Shown: positions 7,801 to 15,869, counted from the first letter of the stretch. The stretch is DNA of 20,000 nt from an uncultured virus (IMG/VR IMGVR_UViG_3300035210_000116) (IMGVR_UViG_3300035210_000116); one strand, 5' to 3'. The notes: generated by a model from the letters alone, not told the origin. Translations and numbers: made by a program.

Positions 7801-7921
7801 AATGTTAGCAGTACTTCCAGAAGGAATAGATTACGAGGCTCTTAGTAGGTTAGAGACTACGGACCAGACTATTGGAGTTCAGGAATTCGCATGTTCATCG
7901 GGAAGTTGTGAATTATTGTAA
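4826..7921 (+). CDS. nrdJ: Class II (adenosylcobalamin-dependent) ribonucleotide reductase, intein-containing (1031-aa precursor, 682-aa extein)
   Basis: SRYSR..RRETW, VMPSMRSL, FNC, GTGFGFSVE, GGVRRSSLI, GTNP|C-GEI catalytic motif, CNLT, KPEGTSSQL, HNPSIT and C-terminal CSSGSC. No NrdB small subunit gene is adjacent. Confidence 0.88.
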   Translation: MNQTKYLPTQYQEFIALSRYSRFRADIGRRETWPETVDRLITFWKGRFPELSTILDGLGDSIESLEVMPSMRSLMTAGPALDRSEIAAFNCTYAAISGKGPEVLLWDEKLRELGHDEPIKIKIHNPLIFDESFFILLNGTGFGFSVERQLIVDLPTIGKVLSRSIYKKTAKNFPKVPKEDLSSYDKKTNTIIVADSKEGWASALRIFIVEMYNGNFKVHIDVSGVRPAGMPLKVFGGRSSGPDMLVDMLEKLRLIFIAANGRKLTSVECHDVLCFIAQAVISGGVRRSSLISLSNLSDERIRYAKSGNWWEENPQRSLANNSVAYTEKPEIGQFMREWQSLYESRSGERGIFNRGAAKQAADRIGRDSSYEFGTNPCVRGDTMILTKAGHFQIKDLVGKTVEVWDGAQWVEIDNFRVTGTDQEVWKVTLHDGSEIIATPYHTFITEGGDRVKLNELEVGDRLAYSEAPETHGTIEEPGAYAKGFALGDGSHTASNVDNPLLWVYAPKFVCEDRLIESLNELPVSAPRTGAITEVGICPAGKVRHRVTGLSVRKSLLPWCTEYKDGLPSDVFNWTKHAKAEFLAGLFDSDGTASDTKNGFMYQLTSVSRKLLLDVQLLLKSLGVQSKLMLTKAAGIKDFGPERGGFCPVKAAYRLTISQSSSIELAKQLTFSRLASFATKTTAYKVKSKTNKIVSIEPAGVEDNVYCCTVPTNHKVSLSNGIITGQCGEIVLRDAQACNLTSIVVREEDTLDTLKEKAEKATILGTLQSTLTDFSYLSPIWKENCEEERLLGVSMTGTMDHPVLSHVSDEAKRWLDELRAVTKAVNEEWAAKLGINKSAAITCSKPEGTSSQLNNTASGLHARHSPYYIRRVRADDKDPLGIVMEAQGYPCEPDLMQRATKVFSFPVKSPKSAVFRDDRTALEQLEYWLMFKQHWTDHNPSITISVKEKEWIEVAAWVYKNFEEVCGLSFLPFSNHVYKQAPFDEITKEQYEAMLAVLPEGIDYEALSRLETTDQTIGVQEFACSSGSCELL
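5954..7000 (+). mobile_element. 349-aa LAGLIDADG intein in RNR ending in Gly-Gln
   Basis: N-terminal CVRGDTMILT after GTNP; block B ATPYH; endonuclease motifs KGFALGDG and FLAGLFDSDG; block F VYCCTVPTNH; ends NGIITGQ before extein CGEIVL. Confidence 0.95.
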
Positions 7922-7933
7922 AACGAGGTTACT

Positions 7934-8131
7934 ATGAAAATTAAACTCGGTGCCGCGTCAAACGCGGTCGGCCACACGTGGTTTGAAGGTGATTACCCAG
8001 AGTATAGCGTAAGAGACGGTTTTGTAGAGCTGGATACGCTCGCAGACCTTTACGCTTTAAGAGAAGTTTCAGGGTACGATCTTATAGTTACAGAAGACGG
8101 TATTATGATCTATGATTCGTGCATAGAATAA
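7934..8131 (+). CDS. Hypothetical acidic protein, 65 aa
   Basis: GAGG RBS; lies between the two copies of the RNR 3' end. Confidence 0.75.
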   Translation: MKIKLGAASNAVGHTWFEGDYPEYSVRDGFVELDTLADLYALREVSGYDLIVTEDGIMIYDSCIE

Positions 8132-8147
8132 ATGCAGTAAAGGCCCC

Positions 8148-8207
8148 GACCAGACACTTGGAGCCCAAGAGTTTGCATGTTCGTCGGGAAGTTGTGAAAT
8201 TCTATGA
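8148..8207 (+). pseudogene. Orphan duplicate of the RNR 3' end (DQTLGAQEFACSSGSCEIL*)
   Basis: 47/60 nt and 16/19 aa identical to 7862-7921 (DQTIGVQEFACSSGSCELL*), including an aligned stop. There is no in-frame start (in-frame TAG at 8124). Confidence 0.9.
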
Positions 8208-8223
8208 CCATTTAGGAATTACG

Positions 8224-8457
8224 ATGGAACTAAAAGATCTTTCTTTACATCACCCAATAGTATGCACGTATCGTAAGGGCTACAACTGGAACGCGATAGT
8301 GGAAATCGAGTTTCTTAAATTCTCGCTAAACAAGAAGGCTGTACTAGTTAGTGTGTCTGCAGCCCTCCCCATGAATCTGACTAGTATTAATCGTCACACA
8401 TGGTACGCCATGGAGGACATTGACACCGTGTTTGTTTTTCTCGATGAAGTAGCATAG
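8224..8457 (+). CDS. Hypothetical protein, 77 aa
   Basis: ATG 8224 with TAGGA RBS. The ORF-track extension to 8119 runs across the RNR remnant and is probably not real. Confidence 0.65.
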   Translation: MELKDLSLHHPIVCTYRKGYNWNAIVEIEFLKFSLNKKAVLVSVSAALPMNLTSINRHTWYAMEDIDTVFVFLDEVA

Positions 8458-8458
8458 T

Positions 8459-8493
8459 CACAAAGCCCCTTTTTAGGGGCTTTGTGCTATACT
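8459..8493 (+). promoter_or_regulatory. 12-bp perfect hairpin overlapping an extended -10 promoter
   Basis: CACAAAGCCCCT-TTTT-AGGGGCTTTGTG (8459-8486); its right arm supplies the TGTG of TGTGCTATACT (8483-8493). Confidence 0.65.
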
Positions 8494-8524
8494 TGCTTAA
8501 CTATTATCTACCTAGGACCAATTT

Positions 8525-9226
8525 ATGTCTACGATGAACGGAGCCCAACTATTACTACGTAGTCGTCAGCTAAGTGATGACCTTGTGGAGCCATATTATG
8601 TCTCAGATGAAGAAATGATGGCATATATCACTGACGCCCAGCTTCAACTAGCGGTAGCAGGCAAGTTACTTCGCGCCGTGAAGAGCTACGCTGTAAAAGA
8701 AAACGACAGATGGGTACCTCTCGGCGATTCTCCGGTGATCCTGGAGTTTAGGCAAGCGATGCTACTCGATGCGAACAACAGACGCTACCCTCTGCGTTGT
8801 CAGGGTACCATGGACTCGCTTCCATCTAGAGGTAATTTCAACGACTATGGCCTTATTGGGCAGTCAGATGTTTTGAAGCCAAGTCGCCCAAAAGCACTGA
8901 TTTTCGGCAAAATGGTGGACTCATTTGAGCTTTCTCCGATATCGGACGGAAGCTATACTATCGAAGCGTCCGTGGTTACTTATCCGTTAGACGATATAGC
9001 TTCAGATATGGATGAGCCCGAGATTCAGGCACGCTTCCATATTCATATTCCAATTGGCGCTGCTCTAACGGCTATCCAGTCTACTGAAAATGAGCACTCC
9101 CAGTCAAAAGTTCAGGGGCTACAAGCAGCCTGGCAAAGAGCGCTCATAAAGGTGGCTGAAGACACGAAGGCAGTTTCTCGTGATTCGGCAGTAGTTAATT
9201 TCAACAACGATTTTTGGGACTTTTAA
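8525..9226 (+). CDS. Putative head-tail adaptor/connector protein
   Basis: N-terminal pattern (RQLSDDLVEPYYVSDEEMMAYITDAQ) and C-terminal EPEIQARFHIHI resemble podovirus adaptors; adjacent to the portal gene. Confidence 0.55.
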   Translation: MSTMNGAQLLLRSRQLSDDLVEPYYVSDEEMMAYITDAQLQLAVAGKLLRAVKSYAVKENDRWVPLGDSPVILEFRQAMLLDANNRRYPLRCQGTMDSLPSRGNFNDYGLIGQSDVLKPSRPKALIFGKMVDSFELSPISDGSYTIEASVVTYPLDDIASDMDEPEIQARFHIHIPIGAALTAIQSTENEHSQSKVQGLQAAWQRALIKVAEDTKAVSRDSAVVNFNNDFWDF

Positions 9227-9227
9227 T

Positions 9228-11660
9228 ATGGCAACAGAGCGTGATTTAGCTTTAGAAAATCGCCAGGTATACAAGTGGATACGTGATTCAGGTCACCAAG
9301 AATATGTTGCGCAAGCAATTTCCTGTGACCGGTTCGTCCAGGGTTTACAGTGGTCACCAGAGGCTCTGGCGAATTTAGGCGCTCGTCGCAAACCACACCT
9401 CACGATTAACAAGCTACTGGCAACCTATGCTGCTTTAGCTGCTGAACAGGTCTCTCGTGGTGGAGACGTTAGTTTCAGAACCTCCGCTGGTGGCGACCCA
9501 AAGACGGCTGCGACGATAGACAAGCTGTGGCTCAACTTCTCATACGATCAGAATAGAGAGCACCTGGAAAGTCTCATGTTCAAGGATGGAGTAATTCGCT
9601 CCCGTGGATTCATGGACTTGCGCATTAACTTTGACGAATCGATGCGAGGAGAACCTGTCCTAAGCTACCTGAATAGCAAGGATGTTGGTCTTTATCCAGG
9701 CGACAATGGGCATGATCCGGACGACTGGACGGGCCTTCTAATATCTCGCTGGCTTACGGCCCGGGATATAACAGAAATATATGGCAAGCACCTAAACGAC
9801 GTGCTTCTGTATGCCGATACCCCCGAGCTTGATTGTGACTACGTTGACTGGCGCAAGGACTCCTTCGGTACCCTCATGCACGAGTCTATGATGATCTCTC
9901 CGGATCAGCGGGCCAAGTACAGATTACTGCGCGTCCTAGAACGCCAAGAGTATGAGTACAAAAACGTACAGTGCTTCGTAGATCAGCCAACAGGCGAGGT
10001 TCGTGAAGTTCCCCAAACGTGGGATTATGATCGTATCTCAGAGGCTGTCGCACAATTTGGCTACGGCGTAATACGTAGACGCGTTAAGAAGATAAACTGG
10101 ATCGTGACTGTTGGAGATATGCTGTTACATCATTCTATAAGTCCATACCGGCACTTCACTCCTATTCCGTACTTCCCGTTCATAATCGGCGGCAAGCCCG
10201 TCGGTATTGTTGAACAGCTGCGCGATCCGCAGAACTTGCTCAATAAGACCCTGAGTCAGGAGCTACACATCGTTGCGGGTATTGCCAACAGTGGATTTAA
10301 GGTTCAAGAAGGTGCACTCGCTAACATGACTCCAGAGCAGCTGCAGGAGCGTGGTAGTGAGGACGGCATAGTAATCGTCGTCAACGGGGAGCTAAACAAG
10401 GTCGACAAGTTGATCCCTAACCAGGTACCTTCGGGGCTTGATAGGCTTCACTACACCGCGGGTGAAGTGATGCAACAGATTTCCCTGGTAAACGACTCTA
10501 TGCAGGGTATGAACCGTGCCGATGAGTCGGGCAAGGCCATCGAGCGCAAGTCAGCCCAAGGTTCTTCTGCCCTGGCACCTATTTTCGCTTCTCTCGATCA
10601 GTCGAGAAGAATCTTAGCGAGAAATTGGTTAGATCTAACCCAGCAGTTCGTAACTGAAGAAAGGGTGTACCACATCACCAACAGGGCTAAGACGGCTCAA
10701 ACCGAGCAGGTTCAGGTGAACCAAGAGCAGTGGGACGGATCTTTCCTCAACGATCTAACAGTTGGAGAGTACATGATCCAGGTCACAGACGTTCGGTCCC
10801 GTGACTCCTACGATCAGAATCAGTTCGACATAATGATGCAGATGATTCGCGAGGGAGCTCCTATTCCTTGGTCTGAGGTCGTAAATAGCTTGACAATCCT
10901 CGAAAATCGTGATGAAATAGTGCAGTTCCTGAAGCAACAGGAAGGCCAGGTCGATCCATCTGAGGAAGACAAGAAGAAGAAAGAGCTTGAAATCAGACTT
11001 ATGGAAGCTGACGCTTCGGACAAGGAATCTTCGGCAGCCGTTAAGAATGCCCAGGCCCAGAAGCATACTACTGAAACTCAAAAAACCGCTCAAGGGGATA
11101 CAAAAGAGCTTGACAAAATAAATGCAGAAGCTTACACTAAGCAGCAAGAGATGGAACTAAAGGGACGACAAGATGAGCAGAAAGCGGCTCTTGAGAGAGA
11201 AAAGATGCAGGCTGAAATGCAGATCGCTAGGGAGAAAGCCCAGATGGACGCGGAACTAGCTAGAGCTAAGCTGCAGTTTGAAAAAGAGAAGCAGCAGATG
11301 GAGCTACAGTTCCAGCGCGAAAAGAACCAGATGGAACTCGCCAAACTTCGCGCTACTATGGACTTACAACAGCAACAAGCTGGTATGCAGATGGAGACTA
11401 CTAGACAGCAGACTGCGGCCAAGCAGGAGCAGACCGACATGCAGATGCAGGCGAAGCAGCAGGAAATACAGATGGATATGGAGAATTCTAGACAACAATC
11501 CGAACTGGATTTTGCTAGTTCACAGAGAGACGCGGAGTTAAAGCACGATACAGCGAGGCAACGGTCAGAAATGAAGAACAAGCAGGGTGAACAGTCCCTA
11601 AAATTGGCTGCCCAACACGCAGCACTTAAGCCTAAATCTAAAACTGGAGACAGTAAATGA
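9228..11660 (+). CDS. Portal protein (P22/N4-like) with long C-terminal coiled-coil barrel
   Basis: FVQGLQWS...KPHLTINK, FKDGVIRSRG, PYRHFTPIPYF, GIVEQLRDPQNLLNK, ESGKAI, NDLTVGEY; Q/E/K/M-rich helical C-terminus. Confidence 0.88.
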   Translation: MATERDLALENRQVYKWIRDSGHQEYVAQAISCDRFVQGLQWSPEALANLGARRKPHLTINKLLATYAALAAEQVSRGGDVSFRTSAGGDPKTAATIDKLWLNFSYDQNREHLESLMFKDGVIRSRGFMDLRINFDESMRGEPVLSYLNSKDVGLYPGDNGHDPDDWTGLLISRWLTARDITEIYGKHLNDVLLYADTPELDCDYVDWRKDSFGTLMHESMMISPDQRAKYRLLRVLERQEYEYKNVQCFVDQPTGEVREVPQTWDYDRISEAVAQFGYGVIRRRVKKINWIVTVGDMLLHHSISPYRHFTPIPYFPFIIGGKPVGIVEQLRDPQNLLNKTLSQELHIVAGIANSGFKVQEGALANMTPEQLQERGSEDGIVIVVNGELNKVDKLIPNQVPSGLDRLHYTAGEVMQQISLVNDSMQGMNRADESGKAIERKSAQGSSALAPIFASLDQSRRILARNWLDLTQQFVTEERVYHITNRAKTAQTEQVQVNQEQWDGSFLNDLTVGEYMIQVTDVRSRDSYDQNQFDIMMQMIREGAPIPWSEVVNSLTILENRDEIVQFLKQQEGQVDPSEEDKKKKELEIRLMEADASDKESSAAVKNAQAQKHTTETQKTAQGDTKELDKINAEAYTKQQEMELKGRQDEQKAALEREKMQAEMQIAREKAQMDAELARAKLQFEKEKQQMELQFQREKNQMELAKLRATMDLQQQQAGMQMETTRQQTAAKQEQTDMQMQAKQQEIQMDMENSRQQSELDFASSQRDAELKHDTARQRSEMKNKQGEQSLKLAAQHAALKPKSKTGDSK

Positions 11661-11812
11661 AAGAACAATATGAAGCCCTTCTAGCCACCGCCCGCGAATT
11701 CGAGCAATTCGCAGCGGATTATCCTGGTGAGAATGGCCCCGAGTGGAGAAACCGCATCCACGAGGTCTTGGTATTTCTCGACGGAGTAAAGGGCGAGGCT
11801 ATCAAGGAATAA
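11657..11812 (+). CDS. Hypothetical protein, 51 aa (not in ORF track)
   Basis: ATGA overlap with the portal stop, GGAG RBS. MKEQYEALLATAREFEQFAADYPGENGPEWRNRIHEVLVFLDGVKGEAIKE*; ends 1 nt before the next ATG. Confidence 0.7.
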   Translation: MKEQYEALLATAREFEQFAADYPGENGPEWRNRIHEVLVFLDGVKGEAIKE

Positions 11813-11813
11813 G

Positions 11814-12038
11814 ATGTACAAACCTGTAGAAACCCACACGCGGTTTCTATCATCCCACGGACTAGAACTAACCCCAATTGCCTCTCTACAAGAGGGGCAA
11901 AATGGGTTGTGTCATATAGTTCTCGATGATGGTTGCTATGCCGCATATCTATTTAACGAGTGGACAGGGTTCGTGCCGACAGAGTATATCTTCGCCGAAC
12001 TCCACGAAGCTCTTGCGAGATTACCCACACCATGTTAA
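11814..12038 (+). CDS. Hypothetical protein, 74 aa
   Basis: AAGGA RBS; tight packing. Confidence 0.68.
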   Translation: MYKPVETHTRFLSSHGLELTPIASLQEGQNGLCHIVLDDGCYAAYLFNEWTGFVPTEYIFAELHEALARLPTPC

Positions 12039-12493
12039 ACAAGAAACAAAAAAGTGCTGTAACTGACGTCCTGCATGCGGCTAAGATACTGGCTTTTGAA
12101 ACTAGAGAAAGGCTTCGCGCAAAGTACTTCGCGGCAGAAAAGTGGATCACAACACGGCACGAGCACTCCAGAATCCGCGCTCTAGTAACTTCGCTTGATA
12201 CTATATCGATAGACGATTTCCTGAAGATCTCGGAAGAGGATATAGAAGCGATAGAACTTGTTATCTTCTGCGTTGACACACCGCTGAATAGAATACGTGA
12301 AGCGTACAGGAGACTGGCGGCGAAGCCAACGTGGTGGTTCAACTGGGAGGAGACTTACGCAAGAACTCCTATACCCGACGACGACGTGCTAGCAAAGGTT
12401 CTTGAGGAGGCTACTGGGGCCGCCGAAGCAAGAGTACGGATCAAGGTCCGCGAAGAATTTGAACAACAACAGAGGAATACACAAAATGGCTGA
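12032..12493 (+). CDS. Hypothetical protein, about 153 aa
   Basis: ATG 12032 overlaps the upstream gene end; its stop overlaps the scaffold start. Confidence 0.68.
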   Translation: MLNKKQKSAVTDVLHAAKILAFETRERLRAKYFAAEKWITTRHEHSRIRALVTSLDTISIDDFLKISEEDIEAIELVIFCVDTPLNRIREAYRRLAAKPTWWFNWEETYARTPIPDDDVLAKVLEEATGAAEARVRIKVREEFEQQQRNTQNG

Positions 12494-13550
12494 AAATACT
12501 ACGTTCGAAGATATTGATCTTGAACTAGACCCTGAGGAAGAAATAGCACAACTGGACGTTGAGGAGGAGGAAGAGGAAGAGGAAGAGGAAGATCTCAGCG
12601 CCCTGGAGGAGGAAGAGGAAGAGGAAGAGAAGCCTAAGGAGGAGCCGGAACCAGACGCTAAGTCTGTCCTCGAAGAGCTACGTGCAGAGCGCCAGCGGCT
12701 TCAGGCGCAGTTGAACGAACTGTCGGTTACAACAATGACAGACAGACGGCGTATGACCGAACTGGAAAAAGCTTTGCAGGAAAGCTCCAAACCTGCTGCC
12801 AAAGAAGTAGAGCAGGGTCCTACCCCTGAGCAGATCATTGGTCATCTTGACCACCGGATAAACCAGGTTGAAAAAGCTTTGGCTAAGGCTGAGCTGGAGG
12901 ACCCATCAACTGCTCCTGAACTACGGAAGCAACTGCGCACACTGGAGCGACACTATAATAACTATACTACACAGCTTCATCTACAAGCTAACCAAGCTGT
13001 TGATCCTGATCTGGTAGTACAGCAAGCAGTAATCGAAACGAACCAGCAGAACCGGTTCCAAGCGGTACGTCAGCAGGTAACGGATCAGTTCCCGATTCTC
13101 GACAAGAATAGCAAGCACTACGACAAGGAGCTAGCAGACGAAATCCACTCGCTGTATAATCCGATGTTGAAGGATGGATACGATCCAGCTGATGCCCTGA
13201 TGCGGACCGTATCTTTGGTCACAGCGGCGAGAGGAATTCTTTCACTTGGCCAGTTAAGCGAGTGGCAGCAAGCACAACTCGAGGAAAAAGCCAAAGTGGA
13301 AGCGATGGGCAAAGCCGAGGCCGAAAAGAAGAAGGCCACTAGTACGCGCAAGACTGATGCCGTGACGCGCAACATCAAGGCCGCTACGGATACGCCACCT
13401 AATATCGCTAACACAGGCAACGCCAACAGCGATACCGGCATCCTTGGCAAGTATGACCTCGCCAAGATGGGAATCAATGAATACATGCGGATGAGCGATG
13501 CGGAAGTACAAGCTCTTGAAGACGCCACTTTGGCGATGTGGGGAGATTAA
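12486..13550 (+). CDS. Putative capsid scaffolding protein, 354 aa
   Basis: ATG 12486 with GAGGA RBS; poly-Glu acidic N-terminus and coiled-coil body; located between portal and capsid genes. Confidence 0.72.
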   Translation: MAENTTFEDIDLELDPEEEIAQLDVEEEEEEEEEEDLSALEEEEEEEEKPKEEPEPDAKSVLEELRAERQRLQAQLNELSVTTMTDRRRMTELEKALQESSKPAAKEVEQGPTPEQIIGHLDHRINQVEKALAKAELEDPSTAPELRKQLRTLERHYNNYTTQLHLQANQAVDPDLVVQQAVIETNQQNRFQAVRQQVTDQFPILDKNSKHYDKELADEIHSLYNPMLKDGYDPADALMRTVSLVTAARGILSLGQLSEWQQAQLEEKAKVEAMGKAEAEKKKATSTRKTDAVTRNIKAATDTPPNIANTGNANSDTGILGKYDLAKMGINEYMRMSDAEVQALEDATLAMWGD

Positions 13551-13551
13551 T

Positions 13552-13740
13552 ATGGAGAGTCCAAATTGTTTTTCAACGTGGCGGATCGAAGAGTTAGTCA
13601 GATCATGGCCACTAGGATACGGGGAAATACCGCCGGTCCGCGAGCCAGAACTTCGTCCAATAGTGGACGCTACGCTCGGAGATCGCGTACTGTTTGCTTG
13701 GATGGTCTTTACAGGCAAAGCTGACATCTTAGTCTGGTAA
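13552..13740 (+). CDS. Hypothetical protein, 62 aa
   Basis: GGAG RBS; ATG 1 nt after the scaffold stop; ends just before a terminator. Confidence 0.68.
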   Translation: MESPNCFSTWRIEELVRSWPLGYGEIPPVREPELRPIVDATLGDRVLFAWMVFTGKADILVW

Positions 13741-13747
13741 GAAACTT

Positions 13748-13770
13748 AACCCGCTTCGGCGGGTTTTCCT
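13748..13770 (+). terminator. Rho-independent terminator
   Basis: AACCCGC-TTCG-GCGGGTT followed by TTCCT. Confidence 0.8.
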
Positions 13771-13795
13771 TGTGCAAAAAACAATAACTTATGGA

Positions 13796-13806
13796 TGTGT
13801 TATACT
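13796..13806 (+). promoter_or_regulatory. Extended -10 promoter for the capsid gene
   Basis: TGTGTTATACT between the terminator and the GGAG RBS of the capsid gene. Confidence 0.65.
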
Positions 13807-13872
13807 CCGAAATAGTAAAACTACTAAATCCCGCCACATAGCGGATTAAATATACTTAATTGGAGAAATACC

Positions 13873-15024
13873 ATGGCAGAACCGAATTTTAATATTGGGC
13901 TCAACACCACTCAGATTAACTACTTCCAGAAGAAAGTGCATAAGGCTATGCGTACCCGGTCCCTTTCGGACCAACTCGCTTCTGAATCTGGCGATAATGT
14001 TGTACAGCGTGTTACTGAACTCAAGGGAACTACCTGGGGTTATAAGGCAATTATGACCCTGGTCCCAGATGACACCTCTTACGGCACGGTTGGCGACAGC
14101 CAGTTGGAAGATCGTGAAGCGGGCATCACGGCGTGGGATACTGAGATCACCTTTGATCAGTTCCGTAAGGCGTTCAAGAACGAGGGTGTGATCGCGGATC
14201 GTACTTCCTGGGTCCAGTTCGGACAACAGGCTGCTGACCAGTTGGCATACTGGGCTGTCGACATCAAGGATCGTCTCCTGATGAACACCCTGGCCGGTGT
14301 GAACTACACCACTGAAGTTGATGGTAAGCCACGTGGTGCTACGTGCGAATGGGGAACAAACCGTTTCGCTGGAGACGTTACTGCTCCGACTTCACAGCGC
14401 CATTTCCAGATTGGTACTGCTGGTGCGCTTGTTGCTCCCGATCACGGTTCTCTGGTACCGACCGACGTTCCAACCTGGAATACGTTCATCGATATACGTA
14501 CTGAGCTTCCGCTGATGCGTATCAAACCTGTCCGTGGTAAGTGGGGCAATGGCAACGACCTGTACATCTGTCTGGTGCATCCGCGCACGATGGGTCTGCT
14601 GAAGAAAGACGAAACCTTCCAGCGCAATCTGCGTGACGCTTTGCAGCGTGGCGAGAAGAACCCGATCTTTGCTGGTGCAGAGTCGTATGTGGTTGACGGC
14701 ATCCTGCTGATCTCCCATCGTTACTCCTACACTACGCTTGGTGCCAAGGCTGGCCAGAAGTGGGGTTCTGATGGCAACGTTAATGGCGCTCGTATCGTCT
14801 TCCTGGGTGCGCAAGCAGTCGGCATGGTCGAGATGGGAGGCCCCAAATGGGTGACGAAGACATTCGATTATGAAAATCGGCAAGGGATCAGTATGGCCAT
14901 TAAGTTTGGCTATAAGAAGACCGCTTGGCATGATCAGTACACTACTGATGACAGCGTCCAGGACTTCGGAGTAGTTGCAGTTGATTGTGCAGTTCCTGCA
15001 GGATCAACGGGTTACACGATCTAA
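13873..15024 (+). CDS. Major capsid protein (N4-gp56/DUF4043-like)
   Basis: VVQRVTELK, GTVGDSQLEDRE, ITFDQFRKA, LAYWAVDIKDRLLMNTLAG, LQRGEKNPIF, TFDYEN and QDFGVVAVD; follows the scaffold gene; biased codon usage. Confidence 0.88.
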   Translation: MAEPNFNIGLNTTQINYFQKKVHKAMRTRSLSDQLASESGDNVVQRVTELKGTTWGYKAIMTLVPDDTSYGTVGDSQLEDREAGITAWDTEITFDQFRKAFKNEGVIADRTSWVQFGQQAADQLAYWAVDIKDRLLMNTLAGVNYTTEVDGKPRGATCEWGTNRFAGDVTAPTSQRHFQIGTAGALVAPDHGSLVPTDVPTWNTFIDIRTELPLMRIKPVRGKWGNGNDLYICLVHPRTMGLLKKDETFQRNLRDALQRGEKNPIFAGAESYVVDGILLISHRYSYTTLGAKAGQKWGSDGNVNGARIVFLGAQAVGMVEMGGPKWVTKTFDYENRQGISMAIKFGYKKTAWHDQYTTDDSVQDFGVVAVDCAVPAGSTGYTI

Positions 15025-15035
15025 TCAAGTACTTA
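15023..15035 (+). promoter_or_regulatory. IHF consensus site at the capsid stop codon
   Basis: AATCAAGTACTTA matches WATCAANNNNTTR. Confidence 0.4.
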
Positions 15036-15045
15036 GCGTAGTACG

Positions 15046-15070
15046 AAAGGCCCTTCGGGGCCTTTTTCTT
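15046..15070 (+). terminator. Rho-independent terminator after the capsid gene
   Basis: AAAGGCCC-TTCG-GGGCCTTT followed by TTCTT. Confidence 0.88.
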
Positions 15071-15142
15071 GCCTCGATTTTACTGGGCCGCAACCCCAAA
15101 TAATGCTTCCGACGAACGGTAGTGCCCCGTCCCAAATACTGC

Positions 15143-15171
15143 TAGTCAAAACTAAATTTCGCGAGTATACT
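15143..15171 (+). promoter_or_regulatory. Sigma70-like promoter for HNH gene 1
   Basis: TAGTCA-17 nt-TATACT, then GAGG RBS. Confidence 0.5.
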
Positions 15172-15203
15172 TCTATCTTACTTAAACAATAGAGGTAGTA
15201 AAA

Positions 15204-15869
15204 ATGAGCAACGCCCTAGCCGATAGAAAGCCCGCGATAGCCCCCGGAAACATTTTCAACAAGTGGACGGTTCTTAGCGAAGAATCGAAGGATAAGTATG
15301 GCCACCGCCAGTGGCTGTGCCGCTGTGAGTGTGGTACTGAACGCTCAGTAATTCAAGGCAACCTAAATAATGGAAATTCAAAAGACTGCGGTTGTGGAAG
15401 AGTTGCGGCAATTGCCAAAGCCCTGACTATCCACGGACTTTGCGGAACCGCCGAGTATGAAAAAACCAGAAAGCGCGCGTACAGAGAGAAAAATATCGAG
15501 GCTTGCAAGGAGCATGATAGGGAGTATGCTAAGAAAAATCCGCACATAATGCAGGCAAAAAATGCCGCGCGTAGAGCGACAAAGTTAAAAGCCGTCCCTA
15601 GCTGGGCTGCAGATACTGCTAAGCGAGCTTTTGTCGATTTGTTTAAAACCGCTGGAGAGCTAAAAGCACTTACTGGAGTTTCATATCATATCGACCACAT
15701 AGTCCCGCTCAAGGGTAAAGCCGGTAAACTCCACGTTGTATCGGGATTGCACGTAGCTGAAAACTTTCAGATTTTGCCCGCTACGGAGAACCAAGAAAAA
15801 TATGCGACAACTTGGCCCGACCAATGGACATACGACGAAGCGCACATCGCTGAATTAGCTGTGCTATAA
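15204..15869 (+). CDS. Free-standing HNH homing endonuclease 1
   Basis: N-terminal WLCRCECG...GNSKDCGC module and C-terminal YHIDHIVPLKG...VSGLHVAENFQILPATENQEK HNH motif. Confidence 0.88.
   Translation: MSNALADRKPAIAPGNIFNKWTVLSEESKDKYGHRQWLCRCECGTERSVIQGNLNNGNSKDCGCGRVAAIAKALTIHGLCGTAEYEKTRKRAYREKNIEACKEHDREYAKKNPHIMQAKNAARRATKLKAVPSWAADTAKRAFVDLFKTAGELKALTGVSYHIDHIVPLKGKAGKLHVVSGLHVAENFQILPATENQEKYATTWPDQWTYDEAHIAELAVL

Noticed and set aside
8119..8223. ORF-track N-terminal extension of the 8224 gene
   Set aside because: No RBS; it overlaps the previous gene and reads the RNR remnant out of frame. ATG 8224 has an RBS.
11132..11668. Minus-strand Cys/Ser-rich 178-aa ORF and similar antisense ORFs within terL, RNR, scaffold and capsid
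   Set aside because: Antisense shadows of well-supported + strand genes, without their own RBS or recognisable motifs.
12561..12630. GAG/GAA purine repeat
   Set aside because: Simply encodes the poly-Glu tract of the scaffold protein.
15095..15143. CCCAAATA(A/C)TGCT twice, 36 bp apart, as a possible mini-CRISPR or operator pair
   Set aside because: Only two 13-bp imperfect copies; too short and too few to support a call.
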